This document shows positions 22,966 through 34,761 of a DNA stretch of 64,000 nt, in pieces (position 1 is the stretch's first letter; every line of letters begins with the position of its first letter). Origin of the DNA: Perkinsela sp. CCAP 1560/9 (taxonomy: Eukaryota; Protista; Euglenozoa: Kinetoplastea). The DNA lies in NCBI GenBank assembly GCA_965644495.1, contig CBFFSA010000001.1, positions 1,240,001 to 1,304,000 on the forward strand, written 5' to 3'. The notes beneath the pieces are model-generated. The model searched no databases. It had not been told where the DNA came from and worked only from the letters and a program-made list of their open reading frames with translations. Position numbers and translations under genes: made by a program.

Positions 22966-23313
22966 GGGGTCCGGTTTAGCATACCTGTGACCTCGTGCCA
23001 TACCGTCGAGGACTCAAGGTCCATATTATACCCCCCCCTGGTTTTTCAGGCAGGGAAGGTGTGATGTCGACTTCTTCTTCGAGGTGGCACACGTATACTG
23101 TATTATAACTCTATAGAGCCTTATTCGTTTGTTTTCTTTACTCTTTATCGCGTTTTTTTTCACTTCTATGATTTTTACTGGTGATATTATTAACTCCTAC
23201 TTTTTGCTGGTAATCACTTTTTTAACATTGTAACCAAAACACTTACCATACCTGTGACCTGCTACCATATCTGTGACCTCGTACCATACCGGGGGTATGC
23301 TAAACCGGGCCCC
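22966..23313. mobile_element. TIR element (MITE-like), no clear TSD
   Basis: ggggtccggtttagcatacc / ggtatgctaaaccgggcccc; internal catacctgtgacct repeats. Confidence 0.7.
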
Positions 23314-23523
23314 CTTTTCTTATGCACTAAAAAGAAGGATTATTAGTTTTATAAACATACCTCATTTTTTTTATGAACGATAATTTAATAAATATTAATG
23401 AGAGATAGAGAGAGTACTTATTATTTTGTACGGATAGGGCTAAACATGTTCCCGTAGCAATTTGTTTTCGAGTAAGTGCAGGCACGCTGCTTACTTGAAG
23501 CCGTACATTCCTTTTTCACCAAT

Positions 23524-24642
23524 ATGCATATCATAGGATACAGATCGAAACTGTTTTCCACGTCGCAAACTCAAGAAAATGCAACAGAATTACGTCCCCT
23601 GTGTCTTAAAAGGAGCACGGAAATCCGTCACTGGATTGAAGGCTCTGACAGCAGCTTAGTTCAAAAGGTTATTATTTTATGTGTCCCAAATAAAATTGTG
23701 AGCGTGCTATATTCCAACCTACACGATTTTCTTCCCCTCGAGAGGCTTTCGCTGAGCCATGTAAAGCGTATCCGACCACACCCCTCATCCAAAGCGATAA
23801 AACTTGTTCTTTTTTCTCGAATCGATGATCTCGTCCAGCTAAAACCTAATGTTGCTGATGAGAAAGTGTCTCCGTCTCTTTGCCCTATCCAAATACTGGA
23901 TTTATTCAACGAAGTGAGCAAGGAGCATCCCGTCCTCACAGGGTACGTGTCTCGATTACCACCTCTTACCCCAGAGGAATGGGATCAGTACAACAACGTG
24001 TGGCCTTTGAGCACTCCACGTTGTGTGGACCCACAACGCCCTTTACGAGACATTTCAAGACATGAAGTCCTCGAGCTAATGCGGACAGCCTTTCAACTAG
24101 GAACACAGTCGGTCCAACACAACAGTTACCTCCCCATTGGGCGTCTCCTTTTCGACCCCATACGGCGCAAAATCGTATCCTCCCCACTCTGCGAGCTCCC
24201 AGCGCGTAGCCCTCACGCCGCGCTGTACGGTTTTTCACCTACATCGGATACACAGATTCCCCATTTTATTGATTCCCCTCAAGTTTCCCTTGAGGGGAAT
24301 ACCAGCCTCTTAGATCCCTTCGCGGGGAATACGGACTTCTCAAAGGATGTTCACACTAAAAGGTGTGAAGTGCTTTCCCACCCCGTGTTTCGTGCTCTTC
24401 ACCTTGCGAATGAGCAGATCAGGGACACACATAATCATTACCTTTGCACCGGGTGTGACCTCTACACCACACACGAGCCCTGTATGTTGTGTGCCATGGC
24501 CGCGACACACTCCAGAGTCCGCCGTGTGTTCTATGCCATCGAGTCCCCCGGACATGCGCTGGACCGACTGCGAAACACACGACCGCTCAATCACCATTTT
24601 GAGTTTGTTGTACATGTTCCGCTGTCGGAGATACAGCCCTGA
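23524..24642 (+). CDS. ADAT3: tRNA adenosine-34 deaminase, non-catalytic subunit
   Basis: HPV in place of HAE; [32 protein letters not shown]; LNHHF; N-terminal HVKRIR and WP motifs. Confidence 0.9.
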   Translation: MHIIGYRSKLFSTSQTQENATELRPLCLKRSTEIRHWIEGSDSSLVQKVIILCVPNKIVSVLYSNLHDFLPLERLSLSHVKRIRPHPSSKAIKLVLFSRIDDLVQLKPNVADEKVSPSLCPIQILDLFNEVSKEHPVLTGYVSRLPPLTPEEWDQYNNVWPLSTPRCVDPQRPLRDISRHEVLELMRTAFQLGTQSVQHNSYLPIGRLLFDPIRRKIVSSPLCELPARSPHAALYGFSPTSDTQIPHFIDSPQVSLEGNTSLLDPFAGNTDFSKDVHTKRCEVLSHPVFRALHLANEQIRDTHNHYLCTGCDLYTTHEPCMLCAMAATHSRVRRVFYAIESPGHALDRLRNTRPLNHHFEFVVHVPLSEIQP

Positions 24643-25324
24643 GGGAGGGAAGTGGGGTAGGGGGGATATAGTGGGGAAGTACTCGCATAAGTCATTATGA
24701 ATTTATCTTTGGATATCTGAAAGACTGTATGTATTCATAATTACGGTGGTAGTATACCGTCAAAGTACTTATTAACAGAATAAAAATCATTGGAGTAAAA
24801 ATTAACGGAATAATTTTTTTTTTTGATTTTCACCAGAATCTTCCCAAACATTTTAGTCCGTGGGCGGTCTGTTCATCAACAAAATTCGAAGTATTTCTCT
24901 CGTGAAGAAAAAAGCGACGTTACCGCGAAAAGATGAATCGATTAAGACGTTTCAGCAGAACGCTTCTCTTGACGCTTAAAGTTTTATAGAAATTTAGTAA
25001 AAATCATTGGAATAATAATTAACGGAAAAATTTCTGCACAAAAGAACATTCCGTTAATTATTATTATTGTTAATAAGTACTTTGACGGTAACCTCTCTGC
25101 CCTTGATTATTGAAAAAACAGTGAAAATAAGAGGAACTTTATAAAGAGGAACAACTTCGAAATCTTTAGGGTGACCCAAAAATAATTTGATCAAAAAAAT
25201 GTATATCCTTACCTCCTCCTCCTCCCACACCTCACCCTCATCCTTTTCTCTCCCTACACACCAAACAAAATCCCTTTCCCTCCTCCCTCCCCCTTCCTCC
25301 CTTTTCTCCCCCACCACCCCCACC

Positions 25325-26503
25325 ATGTCCTCCAGCGCCCTCCCCACCCTCTCCCGCAACCTCCGCGGCCTCCCCTCCACCGCCCTCGCCCTCCTCCGCG
25401 CCCTCCCCCCCGCGCTCTCCCTCTACTCCACCCTCCGGTCCCGCGCCAACACACTCGCCCCCCCGTCCTACGTCGACCAAAAGGAGATGTGGCTCCCGAT
25501 CTACTGGAGGCGACGGCTCGGGCGGCCTAACTTTTTCATCGACAAAACTCTGCACTCGGTCGTGTCCCAACCGCAGCTCGCGCAGTACGCGAGCCTCCGG
25601 TTCGACCTGTTAAAGGTGGCGCACCCGTTGTGGGCGACGCTGTGTACCGGGGGGTGGGGGGTGTTGCTGTGGCCGCTGTGGTTCGCGAACGACACGTGGA
25701 TGCCCGCGTTGGGGGGGGACGGGGAGGCGGGGCGGCTGCGGTCGTGGAGAGCGGCACAGGATTTGTACCGGTACCGGTTTATCCCCGCGATGCTGGTGGA
25801 TTACCGGTGGAACTATGAAAAGGCGTTGCCGGTGCCTCCGCATCTGGGGAAGGCCTGGGAGACGTTGCTGGAGAAGAATGATGTGTGGAGAGACCCGGTG
25901 GCTTGTCGGGGGGTGGCGGAGATGTATGAGTCGGTGCTGTCGTTTCATCGGTTCAGGAGGCTCCAGGGGAGGTTGATTGTGCGAGCGATGGGGTTGCCCT
26001 CGTATCCGCTTTTTGGGTTGTTATGCGCCCAGGGACGGATTCGGGATTACTGGGAGCTGGTGTTTAATGAGGATTATATGGTGATGCAACCCGGCGCGTT
26101 GGAGAAGATGACCGAGGAGGGGTTGTTTGATTACGCCTGGCGTCGGTTTCTTGCTCCCGTGGATAAGAATTTGACCCATGAGGAGGTGTTGCGGCGGGTA
26201 CGGGATTATCACACGTTCCTGGGAGGGGAGAAGTTTCTGGACTCGACGTACCACCCGAATATGTTTACTACGCTGGCGTACTGTATGGGGTACTACAACG
26301 AGCCCGCGTTCTTGGAGGGAAATGTGGAAGAGCTGGAGGAAAATGATTTTGATCATTTGAAGTGGTGGGGTCGGGATTTGTTTCTGCGTCGGTTGGAGTT
26401 TGAAAACGGGCCGCTGCGGGATCAAGTAGAGGCACACAGCCAGAAGGTGTTGCAGGAGCGGAAAAACAAGTTGTTGGAGGGTTCGAAGTCAACGAGTGGG
26501 TGA
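25325..26503 (+). CDS. ATPTB1: Mitochondrial ATP synthase subunit ATPTB1 (Mdm38/LETM1-like fold)
   Basis: Motifs recalled from T. brucei ATPTB1: WFANDTWMP, AQDLYRYR, EKNDV, EDYMV, DYAWRR, LRRLEFENGPLRDQVEAH. Start at MSSSAL is inferred. Confidence 0.88.
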   Translation: MSSSALPTLSRNLRGLPSTALALLRALPPALSLYSTLRSRANTLAPPSYVDQKEMWLPIYWRRRLGRPNFFIDKTLHSVVSQPQLAQYASLRFDLLKVAHPLWATLCTGGWGVLLWPLWFANDTWMPALGGDGEAGRLRSWRAAQDLYRYRFIPAMLVDYRWNYEKALPVPPHLGKAWETLLEKNDVWRDPVACRGVAEMYESVLSFHRFRRLQGRLIVRAMGLPSYPLFGLLCAQGRIRDYWELVFNEDYMVMQPGALEKMTEEGLFDYAWRRFLAPVDKNLTHEEVLRRVRDYHTFLGGEKFLDSTYHPNMFTTLAYCMGYYNEPAFLEGNVEELEENDFDHLKWWGRDLFLRRLEFENGPLRDQVEAHSQKVLQERKNKLLEGSKSTSG

Positions 26504-27026
26504 TGTTTCTGCGTAGGCTTTGGTTGGGGACTTTAAAAAAGGTTTAAGTTTTTTGTTTTTTCGATGTGAGCAGTAAAAGAAGACGATCCCAAGTACTACA
26601 ATTCACATTTTTATTTGTTACTACGTTTATTTGTAAATTATTTTAGGTGTTTGGATGATGTCTTCATCGTATCCGTGGATAGAACAATTGAAAAAAACAA
26701 TCAACTGTGCATGTACATCTTAGGTGAAGAAACCATATGAATGAATGAATACATTGTATGTTCCATTTTTATGACTCTATTCTAGACTTGTTCTTGAATT
26801 TTTTACGCATGGTGTTATTTATTTATCATGTACCCTGCTCTATTCTGTACCCTATTCTATTTCATCATGTACCCTATTTCATTTTACTTTCTGTCACTTT
26901 TTTTGTCGCATTTCCTTAAAAACAGCACTAATCCTTACTCTTCACACCTTGAACTTAAAAACAAACCCGTTTCTTCTTTATTTTACCACCAGCTCATCCC
27001 ATGCCCACCCCCCTCTTCCCCCCTCC

Positions 27027-28049
27027 ATGAACTCTCTCAAATCCACTGCCTACAATATCGCGAAATCCATCGCAGTCGACAAATCGTGGGTCAAACAGGA
27101 CGGCTGGTGTTCGCTCTGCACCGAGCCCTTCTCCAACTGGGCCGAGCACGTCAGCGGTCGGTTCCGTGACCACCGCTGTCTCGAGATGTTCTACGACGCG
27201 ATCTCCCAGCAACCGCTACGGATGTGGAACCCACGTGGGATGATTTATGATGCTTTCCGGCTCCCCTCCGTGTCCTCCTTTCCCTCTTTATTTGCTGCGA
27301 ATGCTCAAAAAGATGATGTAACGCATAAAGCTCGGCTGTATGCTTCTTTGTGTGTGTTACGAGACGCTGGGGTTTTTCGAGATACTTTTAATGTCACCCA
27401 ATCCCTCGGCAACGCTTCCATGATTAAAGGAAGTCACTATGCCCCGCTGCATGTGATGCGGTTGCTGATGACTATATTTCCTGGCTATGATTGTGGTTAT
27501 TTAAGTGATTTAGTACAAATGATTTGTGACACGTATAACTACGAGTCTTGTTATTACGCGATTGCGGTAAATAAGCTCATGGAGGATGTGGAGATGAAAA
27601 CCAAAACCAAACCACATAATGTGTTAAAGGCACTGATGGGGGAGTTGTATTACACGTCGGTGAGGAGAGCCGGGAGAATTTCCCCGAATGCGGATATTTG
27701 TGCGCTTTCGCAATACGCATTAATGTCCTGTATTGCGGAATTGATGTTACAAAAAATAGCAGAATATGTTGCACGTGCAGATCGGGTTTGGAGAGCTGAG
27801 AACGGGGCTCCAGTGAATAATAGAACCCTGCGCGTGAATAAATGTGGGTTAAACACAGCACACCCGACGGTGAGTCATCCGGTGTACTCGAATCAAATTA
27901 TAGCCACCACGGACGCCTCCTCCGATTTGACACACAAACCGTTGACGATTCACGAGGAAAATGCGAACCGTGTACGGTTTCGGCATTTGTTTTACCGTGA
28001 GCCGTCAAGGACAGATGCGGAGTGTGAGACATTTCCGTATGGACGGTGA
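27027..28049 (+). CDS. KREPB-family RNA-editing core complex protein (U1-type zinc finger + degenerate RNase III)
   Basis: WCSLC..F..W..H....RDH.CLE.FYD zinc finger; RNase III-like segment ending KALMGEL without a clear catalytic signature (KREPB6-10-like). Confidence 0.75.
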   Translation: MNSLKSTAYNIAKSIAVDKSWVKQDGWCSLCTEPFSNWAEHVSGRFRDHRCLEMFYDAISQQPLRMWNPRGMIYDAFRLPSVSSFPSLFAANAQKDDVTHKARLYASLCVLRDAGVFRDTFNVTQSLGNASMIKGSHYAPLHVMRLLMTIFPGYDCGYLSDLVQMICDTYNYESCYYAIAVNKLMEDVEMKTKTKPHNVLKALMGELYYTSVRRAGRISPNADICALSQYALMSCIAELMLQKIAEYVARADRVWRAENGAPVNNRTLRVNKCGLNTAHPTVSHPVYSNQIIATTDASSDLTHKPLTIHEENANRVRFRHLFYREPSRTDAECETFPYGR

Positions 28050-28302
28050 AGGGGTAGAGGAGTTTTTTAGAGGGTTTAGAGCCTCTGACAACGGGGTACC
28101 AAGGATTTAACAAATACTGTACGCTGTGTATAGAGATAATCCGTAGCAAAAAGGTAATGAGCAGCACAATATAGGGATTGTACAGTAACCTCGCCACCCG
28201 TGTCATCTCATCTATGCATGCATAAATGTAAAGGAGGCGTGTAAGTTTCTAGTAGGTTGTTTTTTCTAGTTTTTTATGATATTTCTGTGATAGTGGAAGC
28301 GG

Positions 28303-30585
28303 ATGGTCTATTGTATGGAGAACGAAGCGTTGGAAAGTGAAGCTGCGCAAGCAATGGTCCAACGTGTGCACAATGCAGTTCGTCTCAATACCTCATCGAG
28401 TGTAATCGACTGCGTTCCCATAGAAAAGGAAAACGAATGCTTATCGATAACAGAGAGGCAACATGCAAGAGATAAATCAGAATCCAACCTACCCAAGGCG
28501 GTAACTAAGAATTTAGGCACTAATTTGAGTGGAGTAATGCCTGTCTATGTGGGATGTGAACAGACCAAGGACGTTAGCTCTGAGAAAGGCACATGCAAGT
28601 CAACTCGAGATGATGTCGAATGTGAATCTAATCAACTTTTTCGTATGCAGACGTGGTGCGCTGAAATAACGAGCAAACTTGCATCTCTACAACAAAAGGC
28701 GTCTTTTTCCTCCGAAATGCAACACTTTCTTATCGAAAAGGTCAATCTAACAAAAGAAATACAAGTATGCGAAGAAATACTTAGAATTCTTTCTCGATTA
28801 GAAGAATGGGATAAGCGAAAAAGCGAAATGTTTCAGATAGATGTCGATTGTGAATTTATCGGATTTTTAGACGAAGCTGAGGAAGTTATGTGTCGCGCGC
28901 CATCCATGCCTTTAGCTCGAACATGCTTGAAGAATATTTCCGAGAGAAAACAACACTTTTATCAGCATGCTCAATCTTCTTTATTTCAACCGTTGGATGC
29001 ATCTACCCGTAAATTTCTACGCATAACATTTACCACGGAAATTCTTACAGAACTAAGTAATCATGCGAAAGTTTTTTACGACAAGTTAAACTACGTTCCT
29101 TTGAGCACCCTGATATATATTCCACAACTTCTTGGCTTCGAACAAATTCAAAGTGAATCTATCAAGAACGACATTAGTTCCGTCGAAGCTTTAACTCATT
29201 TTCTGCCGCAATTCGATCTATTGTTGAAAGAATTTTACAAATTAAATGCTGAGTGGGAAAGGCAATGTGGGGGCTTGGAAGTCTTAAACTTCGTTTGCAA
29301 TCGGTATAACAAGGTTTCCATTTATGTGGGTAGTTCTGATAGTAGAGAGACACGTACTCTAAATGAATTGGTTGAAGTGTATACAAGCACACGGCTTAAG
29401 CTTTTAAAGCCTTTTTGCACATCTCTGATTGAACAAAGTGCATGTGCTCCCCGAAGTGAGGTCAAAGGGGAAGTTAACTACGTTTTTATTATCCTTATGG
29501 CCATTTTGCTGTCCGAGTATTGCCAACTCGCAGGAACTATTGAAGTCGGAAGCCATGCCGCCAAATGGTTTATGAAAGCGCACTTCAACGAATTAATGCA
29601 GTCTTTAATTTGTAATGAAGCACAAATCGTCGGAAGTAGGTGGCGCACACTCACGGACTTTGATTCCTTGTGTTTGATAACGGAAGATCTACGAAAGATG
29701 CGTGATGGTCTCATGTTGTACCCAGTTGGTATACGCTGTGTTGCTCAATCGCTTTTTCAATATGTACGGCAACTTATGGCAAACGTCCAAGAAAAGCTTT
29801 TTGACAGCGCGCTTCAGGAGGTAGACAATACGCATGATAAGACTGCACCAAACGAATTGACAATAGCAATGTTTCCCGCTATTTTTGAATATTACTCATG
29901 TCTTCTTTCTTCTCTTTTGCCTTCTGCGCACTACAACGTTTTTAGCCACATTGCGCTTGAGGCCACGCGAAATTCTCTACTTAGCCTACAAGACCATGTA
30001 CAAGCACATATTCGAATACAAGAGATTCGTTCTAATCATGAAGATTACGAAATAATACGATGTGTATCCATTGCATTGCGATATCTCTCACAAATGAAAA
30101 TTCGAATTTTTGACCTGTTGGATACTTGTTCTACTACAAGGGCTCAAGAACGTCAGACGGATTTTTATTGGCTTTTTGATGAACAACAAGAGTTTGTGGA
30201 CAAAAAACAAGAAATCCACGTACTTTTTCAAGAAACTACCTCTGTTTTTGAGGTTCAGTCGGAAGTGTGTCTTCGAATTCATGTACAGTCTGCAGTTAGC
30301 GACGTTCTTAAAAGCCTTTCACAAAATGAATCCACAAAGGAAGTTACTTCCCTAATTTTCACTCGCACATCAGACGTGTTCCAATCTTGTCGAAATGTTA
30401 TAAGGCAAAATTTGAATGACTTTCCTGAGACTTACTCAAGTCTTCTTAGTTATTTGTACGTACATTTGTCACAACGTGTTGAAACGGACAGCGAGGAATA
30501 CGTCATGATACATCGCATGCCTCACTACCATTCTGCAGTTTCTTCTGCGCTAGCCTCAACAGTCATGAGCTTTAAGAGCGAATGA
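28303..30585 (+). CDS. COG3: Conserved oligomeric Golgi complex subunit 3-like
   Basis: Ordered COG3-like segments: FLDEAEEVMCRAP, YTSTRLKLLKP, DSLCLIT, NVQEKLF, FSHIALEA. Confidence 0.6.
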   Translation: MVYCMENEALESEAAQAMVQRVHNAVRLNTSSSVIDCVPIEKENECLSITERQHARDKSESNLPKAVTKNLGTNLSGVMPVYVGCEQTKDVSSEKGTCKSTRDDVECESNQLFRMQTWCAEITSKLASLQQKASFSSEMQHFLIEKVNLTKEIQVCEEILRILSRLEEWDKRKSEMFQIDVDCEFIGFLDEAEEVMCRAPSMPLARTCLKNISERKQHFYQHAQSSLFQPLDASTRKFLRITFTTEILTELSNHAKVFYDKLNYVPLSTLIYIPQLLGFEQIQSESIKNDISSVEALTHFLPQFDLLLKEFYKLNAEWERQCGGLEVLNFVCNRYNKVSIYVGSSDSRETRTLNELVEVYTSTRLKLLKPFCTSLIEQSACAPRSEVKGEVNYVFIILMAILLSEYCQLAGTIEVGSHAAKWFMKAHFNELMQSLICNEAQIVGSRWRTLTDFDSLCLITEDLRKMRDGLMLYPVGIRCVAQSLFQYVRQLMANVQEKLFDSALQEVDNTHDKTAPNELTIAMFPAIFEYYSCLLSSLLPSAHYNVFSHIALEATRNSLLSLQDHVQAHIRIQEIRSNHEDYEIIRCVSIALRYLSQMKIRIFDLLDTCSTTRAQERQTDFYWLFDEQQEFVDKKQEIHVLFQETTSVFEVQSEVCLRIHVQSAVSDVLKSLSQNESTKEVTSLIFTRTSDVFQSCRNVIRQNLNDFPETYSSLLSYLYVHLSQRVETDSEEYVMIHRMPHYHSAVSSALASTVMSFKSE

Positions 30586-30993
30586 TGTCTTCGTCTAGAT
30601 ACAATATTAGATATTGTACAGTAGTATCATCTTGCAGCCTTTTTCTTGTCGAAATCTAATTTACTTGTCAAATGAACCATCCGAGGATACTAGAATTGTG
30701 AAAGTAATATCTACTGTATTAACTAATGTCTGTAAGCGAGATTATTCTGTTTGAAGCAACATGTTCACGCAAAATTATTGCCATCAAGGCTACAGAAGCA
30801 ATTGTCCATGTTGGACAAGCTACTAAAAGGTCTCGGAAACCGTAATCCTTCAAGATTGACAAAAACAAATGCGTAAAAAATCTAGAAAATGAATTGTGCA
30901 AATCTGGTTATTTCGACTGCAAAAGTATCTGAAAAATAAGTACTAGAACCCACTTGTCTTTAAATCGCACACTTTTAATCGCATACTTTTCCT

Positions 30994-33321
30994 ATGTGGT
31001 CTTTTGGTTTTTTCGATGAAGGAATTACCCCTCCATCTAAGCGGCGTAGAGTCACAACCAATCCAAGTCAATTCACATCTCCACATGGACGCATCGCAGG
31101 TCACGTACTTCCGGAAGAATACGATCTTGATCGGTTTCTTAAGAACGTAACTCTGCGTCACACCTCCTGGAGTACGCATAGTGCGGTTTCTGAATGGGAA
31201 GGAGTTACTTGTGGTGATGATGGAAAAGTCGTTGTTATCAATTGGTCTGGGCACGGATTAAGTGGGACACTTCAAACAGAGTATCTTCCCATTCAACTAG
31301 AGGTGCTTGATTTAAGCGACAACCGCTTGTCAGGCACTCTTACTCTCGACAACATGCCTTTCTCGCTAAAAAGCTTAGACGTGCTAAATAATATTTTTAG
31401 TGGTCACGTTGAACTTCACGCGCTTTCTTCTAACATACGCTTGATAAACTTGGCCTCCAACAATTTTAATGGGGTTGTTTCCTTCTCTCCTACTTGGTCT
31501 CATCTCGAAAATCTTTTACTTCACAACAACCGTTTTAATGGAACGCTTAATTTTGAAGCGTTGCCTTCTATACTTCAAGCCTTAGTTATTCACAACAACT
31601 TCTTCAGTGGTGGGGTCCCATTAGGTGTACTTCCTTCCGGTTTGATCCGCATTACAGCGGGAAACAATATGTTTGAAGGTACTGCTGATTTTTCCCATCT
31701 CCCTCCTGGTCTCAGTGTCTTTAGTGTACCCCACAATAGATTTTCTGGAAACATTGAGATTAACACGCTTCCTCCCACTTTACGTGGTTTTGACGTCGGG
31801 AATAATTTCTTTAGTGGAAATATTAGCCTAACGAATCTTCCAGTGGAACTAGAACACTTATCGCTCCCAGACAATTCATTGTCTGGTTCTTTGCGGTTTG
31901 GTAAATTTCCGCCTGCTTTAAAATCCATTGATGTGTCGACAAATTCTTTTTCTGGTTCCATGGACTTGCCGCACAATCACGAAAATTTGGAAATTTTGCG
32001 GCTTTCCAATAACACGCTTTCTGAAATGGTCGGGTATATTGACCCACAATCTGCTTTACTTGAAATTGCACTTGATTACAACACGTTTTCTGGAACTTGG
32101 GATCTAACGATACTTCCTAATGCTTTGCTATACCTTTACCTCAATGATAATTCCTACAGCGGAGACGTCGATCTTACCATGTTGCCACAGTCTCTTGTCA
32201 TCATAAATTTGTCCGATAATCGTTTCTCTGGAGAATTGTTCTTGTTGCACTTGCCTTATGGCATGGAAATTGTGGACCTTCGCCAAAATTGTTTTCATTC
32301 TTCAATCGACCTTTCTCAAATGCCGAACACGATCAAGGCAATACATTTGAACGATAACAACTTGATTGGTGATTTCCAATTTGATTTGCTATATTCTAAA
32401 TCTAACTTTATAAATTTGGAGATATTGGATCTATCCAACAACACTTTTACTGGAGAGCTCGATTTTACACGTTTGCCCTCTACGCTACGCAGACTTCGAC
32501 TTAGTAGGAATAAGTTTCACGGCACCGTTAATTTGGCATCTCTACCGAGTAGTATTTATTATCTTTCACTAGCCACGAATGCCTTTCGCGGATCTATTTC
32601 TCTTGTACAACTCCCAAGTAGTATACAGTATATTCATTTAAACGATAACTTGTTTTCGGGCCCACTAGACCTAGATCATCTACCGCCTGGGGTAGTATTT
32701 CTGAATCTTCATCTTAACCAGTTTGAAGGAACTGTTTCGTTTTCTAAACTTCCGATTTCTCTTGAAAACTTAAATCTCAGCTGTAATCAATTGGTAGGTG
32801 AAGTAGTTTTTGACAAAATTTCGTACGGCAGTCGTTTAGAAGAGCTCTTACTTCAAAACAACAGCTTTACAGGTTCAGTGACTTTAACGAAGCTTCCAGC
32901 ACGTCTTAAAAGCTTGGATCTGGCAAACAATAATTTCCACGGGGTTATTCATATATCAAATCATTCTTTGTCATTATGTAACCTGACTCTTTCGTGCAAT
33001 TCATTTTCTGGAAATATTGACTTTTCAACTCTCCCAAGAACATTAAAGCGACTGACTGCAGATCATAACAATTTCAATCAAATTTTGAACTGGGAGGCAT
33101 TTCCCCGTGATATTGAAATAATTGAACTTAATGATAATAAAATTTCCTGCGTTCCGAAGCTCCTTCCTTTATCTTCTAAGTTGGAGATTTTGTCGTTAAG
33201 TAACAACAAGCTTTCGCATATGCCTCACTTCCCGATGATTCCCAATACACTTCAGAAAATTGATCTTCGTGGAAACAATTTTGGAGAATGCGTTACTCCA
33301 AATGAAGCAATTTTAGTTTGA
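30994..33321 (+). CDS. LRR-family protein 5 (long, ~29 repeats)
   Basis: PPSKRRR, LPEEY cap, then tandem ~23-aa LRRs. Confidence 0.92.
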   Translation: MWSFGFFDEGITPPSKRRRVTTNPSQFTSPHGRIAGHVLPEEYDLDRFLKNVTLRHTSWSTHSAVSEWEGVTCGDDGKVVVINWSGHGLSGTLQTEYLPIQLEVLDLSDNRLSGTLTLDNMPFSLKSLDVLNNIFSGHVELHALSSNIRLINLASNNFNGVVSFSPTWSHLENLLLHNNRFNGTLNFEALPSILQALVIHNNFFSGGVPLGVLPSGLIRITAGNNMFEGTADFSHLPPGLSVFSVPHNRFSGNIEINTLPPTLRGFDVGNNFFSGNISLTNLPVELEHLSLPDNSLSGSLRFGKFPPALKSIDVSTNSFSGSMDLPHNHENLEILRLSNNTLSEMVGYIDPQSALLEIALDYNTFSGTWDLTILPNALLYLYLNDNSYSGDVDLTMLPQSLVIINLSDNRFSGELFLLHLPYGMEIVDLRQNCFHSSIDLSQMPNTIKAIHLNDNNLIGDFQFDLLYSKSNFINLEILDLSNNTFTGELDFTRLPSTLRRLRLSRNKFHGTVNLASLPSSIYYLSLATNAFRGSISLVQLPSSIQYIHLNDNLFSGPLDLDHLPPGVVFLNLHLNQFEGTVSFSKLPISLENLNLSCNQLVGEVVFDKISYGSRLEELLLQNNSFTGSVTLTKLPARLKSLDLANNNFHGVIHISNHSLSLCNLTLSCNSFSGNIDFSTLPRTLKRLTADHNNFNQILNWEAFPRDIEIIELNDNKISCVPKLLPLSSKLEILSLSNNKLSHMPHFPMIPNTLQKIDLRGNNFGECVTPNEAILV

Positions 33322-33641
33322 TCGAAATTCAGCCTCAGTAGGGCACTCGACGAGAAGGACTTTTTGTACCATTTTTCTGACGTATGAAAAAATAGGATTC
33401 TTTCGAATCGAAAAATTATCATGCAGCCCCTTATTTGTGAGGCAATTTTTTGTAAAATTATCAAATTTTTTGTGTGTATGAAAACTGCTTTCAAACAATT
33501 TCGACAAACAATTTGGCCCTCCCCAGAAAAAAATCTTTGTCCCAGAAAAAATTGCTCTATTAAAAAGGGGGATAGTTAAATGTTCTCATTTAAGTGAGTA
33601 TTTTTACGAGAGCTCTTTTTAAATTTGAAAAATTGTTAGTT

Positions 33642-34547
33642 ATGATTACTTTCCGCTTTTGTTTGAGTGATTCTGGGTGCCCTCCCACCCAGAAACGCCG
33701 TAAGCTTAAGAGTGAGCCAAATAATTTTAACGATCAAAACCCTGCTTTTCCAATCACACGTCTTTCCAAGGTTCGGGGGTCTATTCTTCCTGATGAATAT
33801 CTCCTTGTGCATTTCTTAAAAAATGTAACAGAGCTCAATTTAAAGTGGACTACAAATGCATCTGCATGTGCGTGGAATGGCGTACGCTGCAAGGATGGAA
33901 CTCATGTAAGTCATATCGACTGGTCACGTTGTGGTCTTCGCGGCACACTGAACTGGTCAGCGCTGCCCCGTACAGTTAAAAGTCTTGTTCTGGGTGATTA
34001 TTGGGATACACAGCATCTTTCGGGGCAAGTTGATTGGTCGGCACTTCCCGATATTCTCCGTTATTTGGTTCTAGATAATAATCAGTTTTCTGGAGAGTGC
34101 GACACATCTGCGTTGCCCACTGACTTGAAGCGATTTGCTATTTGCCGAAATTTTTTTATGGGTCCAATTGATACAGATGTTCTTCCACCGTGTTTGGTAC
34201 GATTCCAAATTGAAGAAAATCAGTTTTCAGGTCCTCTCTCGCTCACTCGTCTTCCGCACTTCCTGTCAGAGTTGTATGGTTCTGGTAATTTATTTACAGA
34301 AAACATTGACTTAACACACTTACCCAAGTCACTTTTCACTCTCTATCTTTCCAATAATTTATTTTCTGGCACTATTGACGTAAGTTCCCTTCCCGAGTCG
34401 CTCGCATATATTTTGCTACAAAACAACAAACTGACAGGATATTTAGATTTATCCAAACTTTCCGAAAATTTAATCTTGATCAACCTTCAAGGAAATTCGT
34501 TCCAAAGATACACTCCTATGCCGCATCCTGCGAAGGTATCAATGTAA
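33642..34547 (+). CDS. LRR-family protein 6
   Basis: PPTQKRRK, KVRGSILPDEY cap, ACAWNGVRC, LRRs. Confidence 0.9.
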   Translation: MITFRFCLSDSGCPPTQKRRKLKSEPNNFNDQNPAFPITRLSKVRGSILPDEYLLVHFLKNVTELNLKWTTNASACAWNGVRCKDGTHVSHIDWSRCGLRGTLNWSALPRTVKSLVLGDYWDTQHLSGQVDWSALPDILRYLVLDNNQFSGECDTSALPTDLKRFAICRNFFMGPIDTDVLPPCLVRFQIEENQFSGPLSLTRLPHFLSELYGSGNLFTENIDLTHLPKSLFTLYLSNNLFSGTIDVSSLPESLAYILLQNNKLTGYLDLSKLSENLILINLQGNSFQRYTPMPHPAKVSM

Positions 34548-34761
34548 ATTATGACTAGACGGAAACTCGAGTTATTGAAATATTTTTGAAAAAAACAACA
34601 ACTTAACGAGGGGTGCAAGGTGTTATCACAATCTCTTTGACTAAAGCAAACAATTAAATTTACATGTAGGGGGACAGTGGTAATTTAGGGGTTGTGGCAC
34701 AGTAGATTTCTTTCTTGGTTTTTTCTCAGGACATAGTTGCTCAGAGTTCTATTTTTATTCC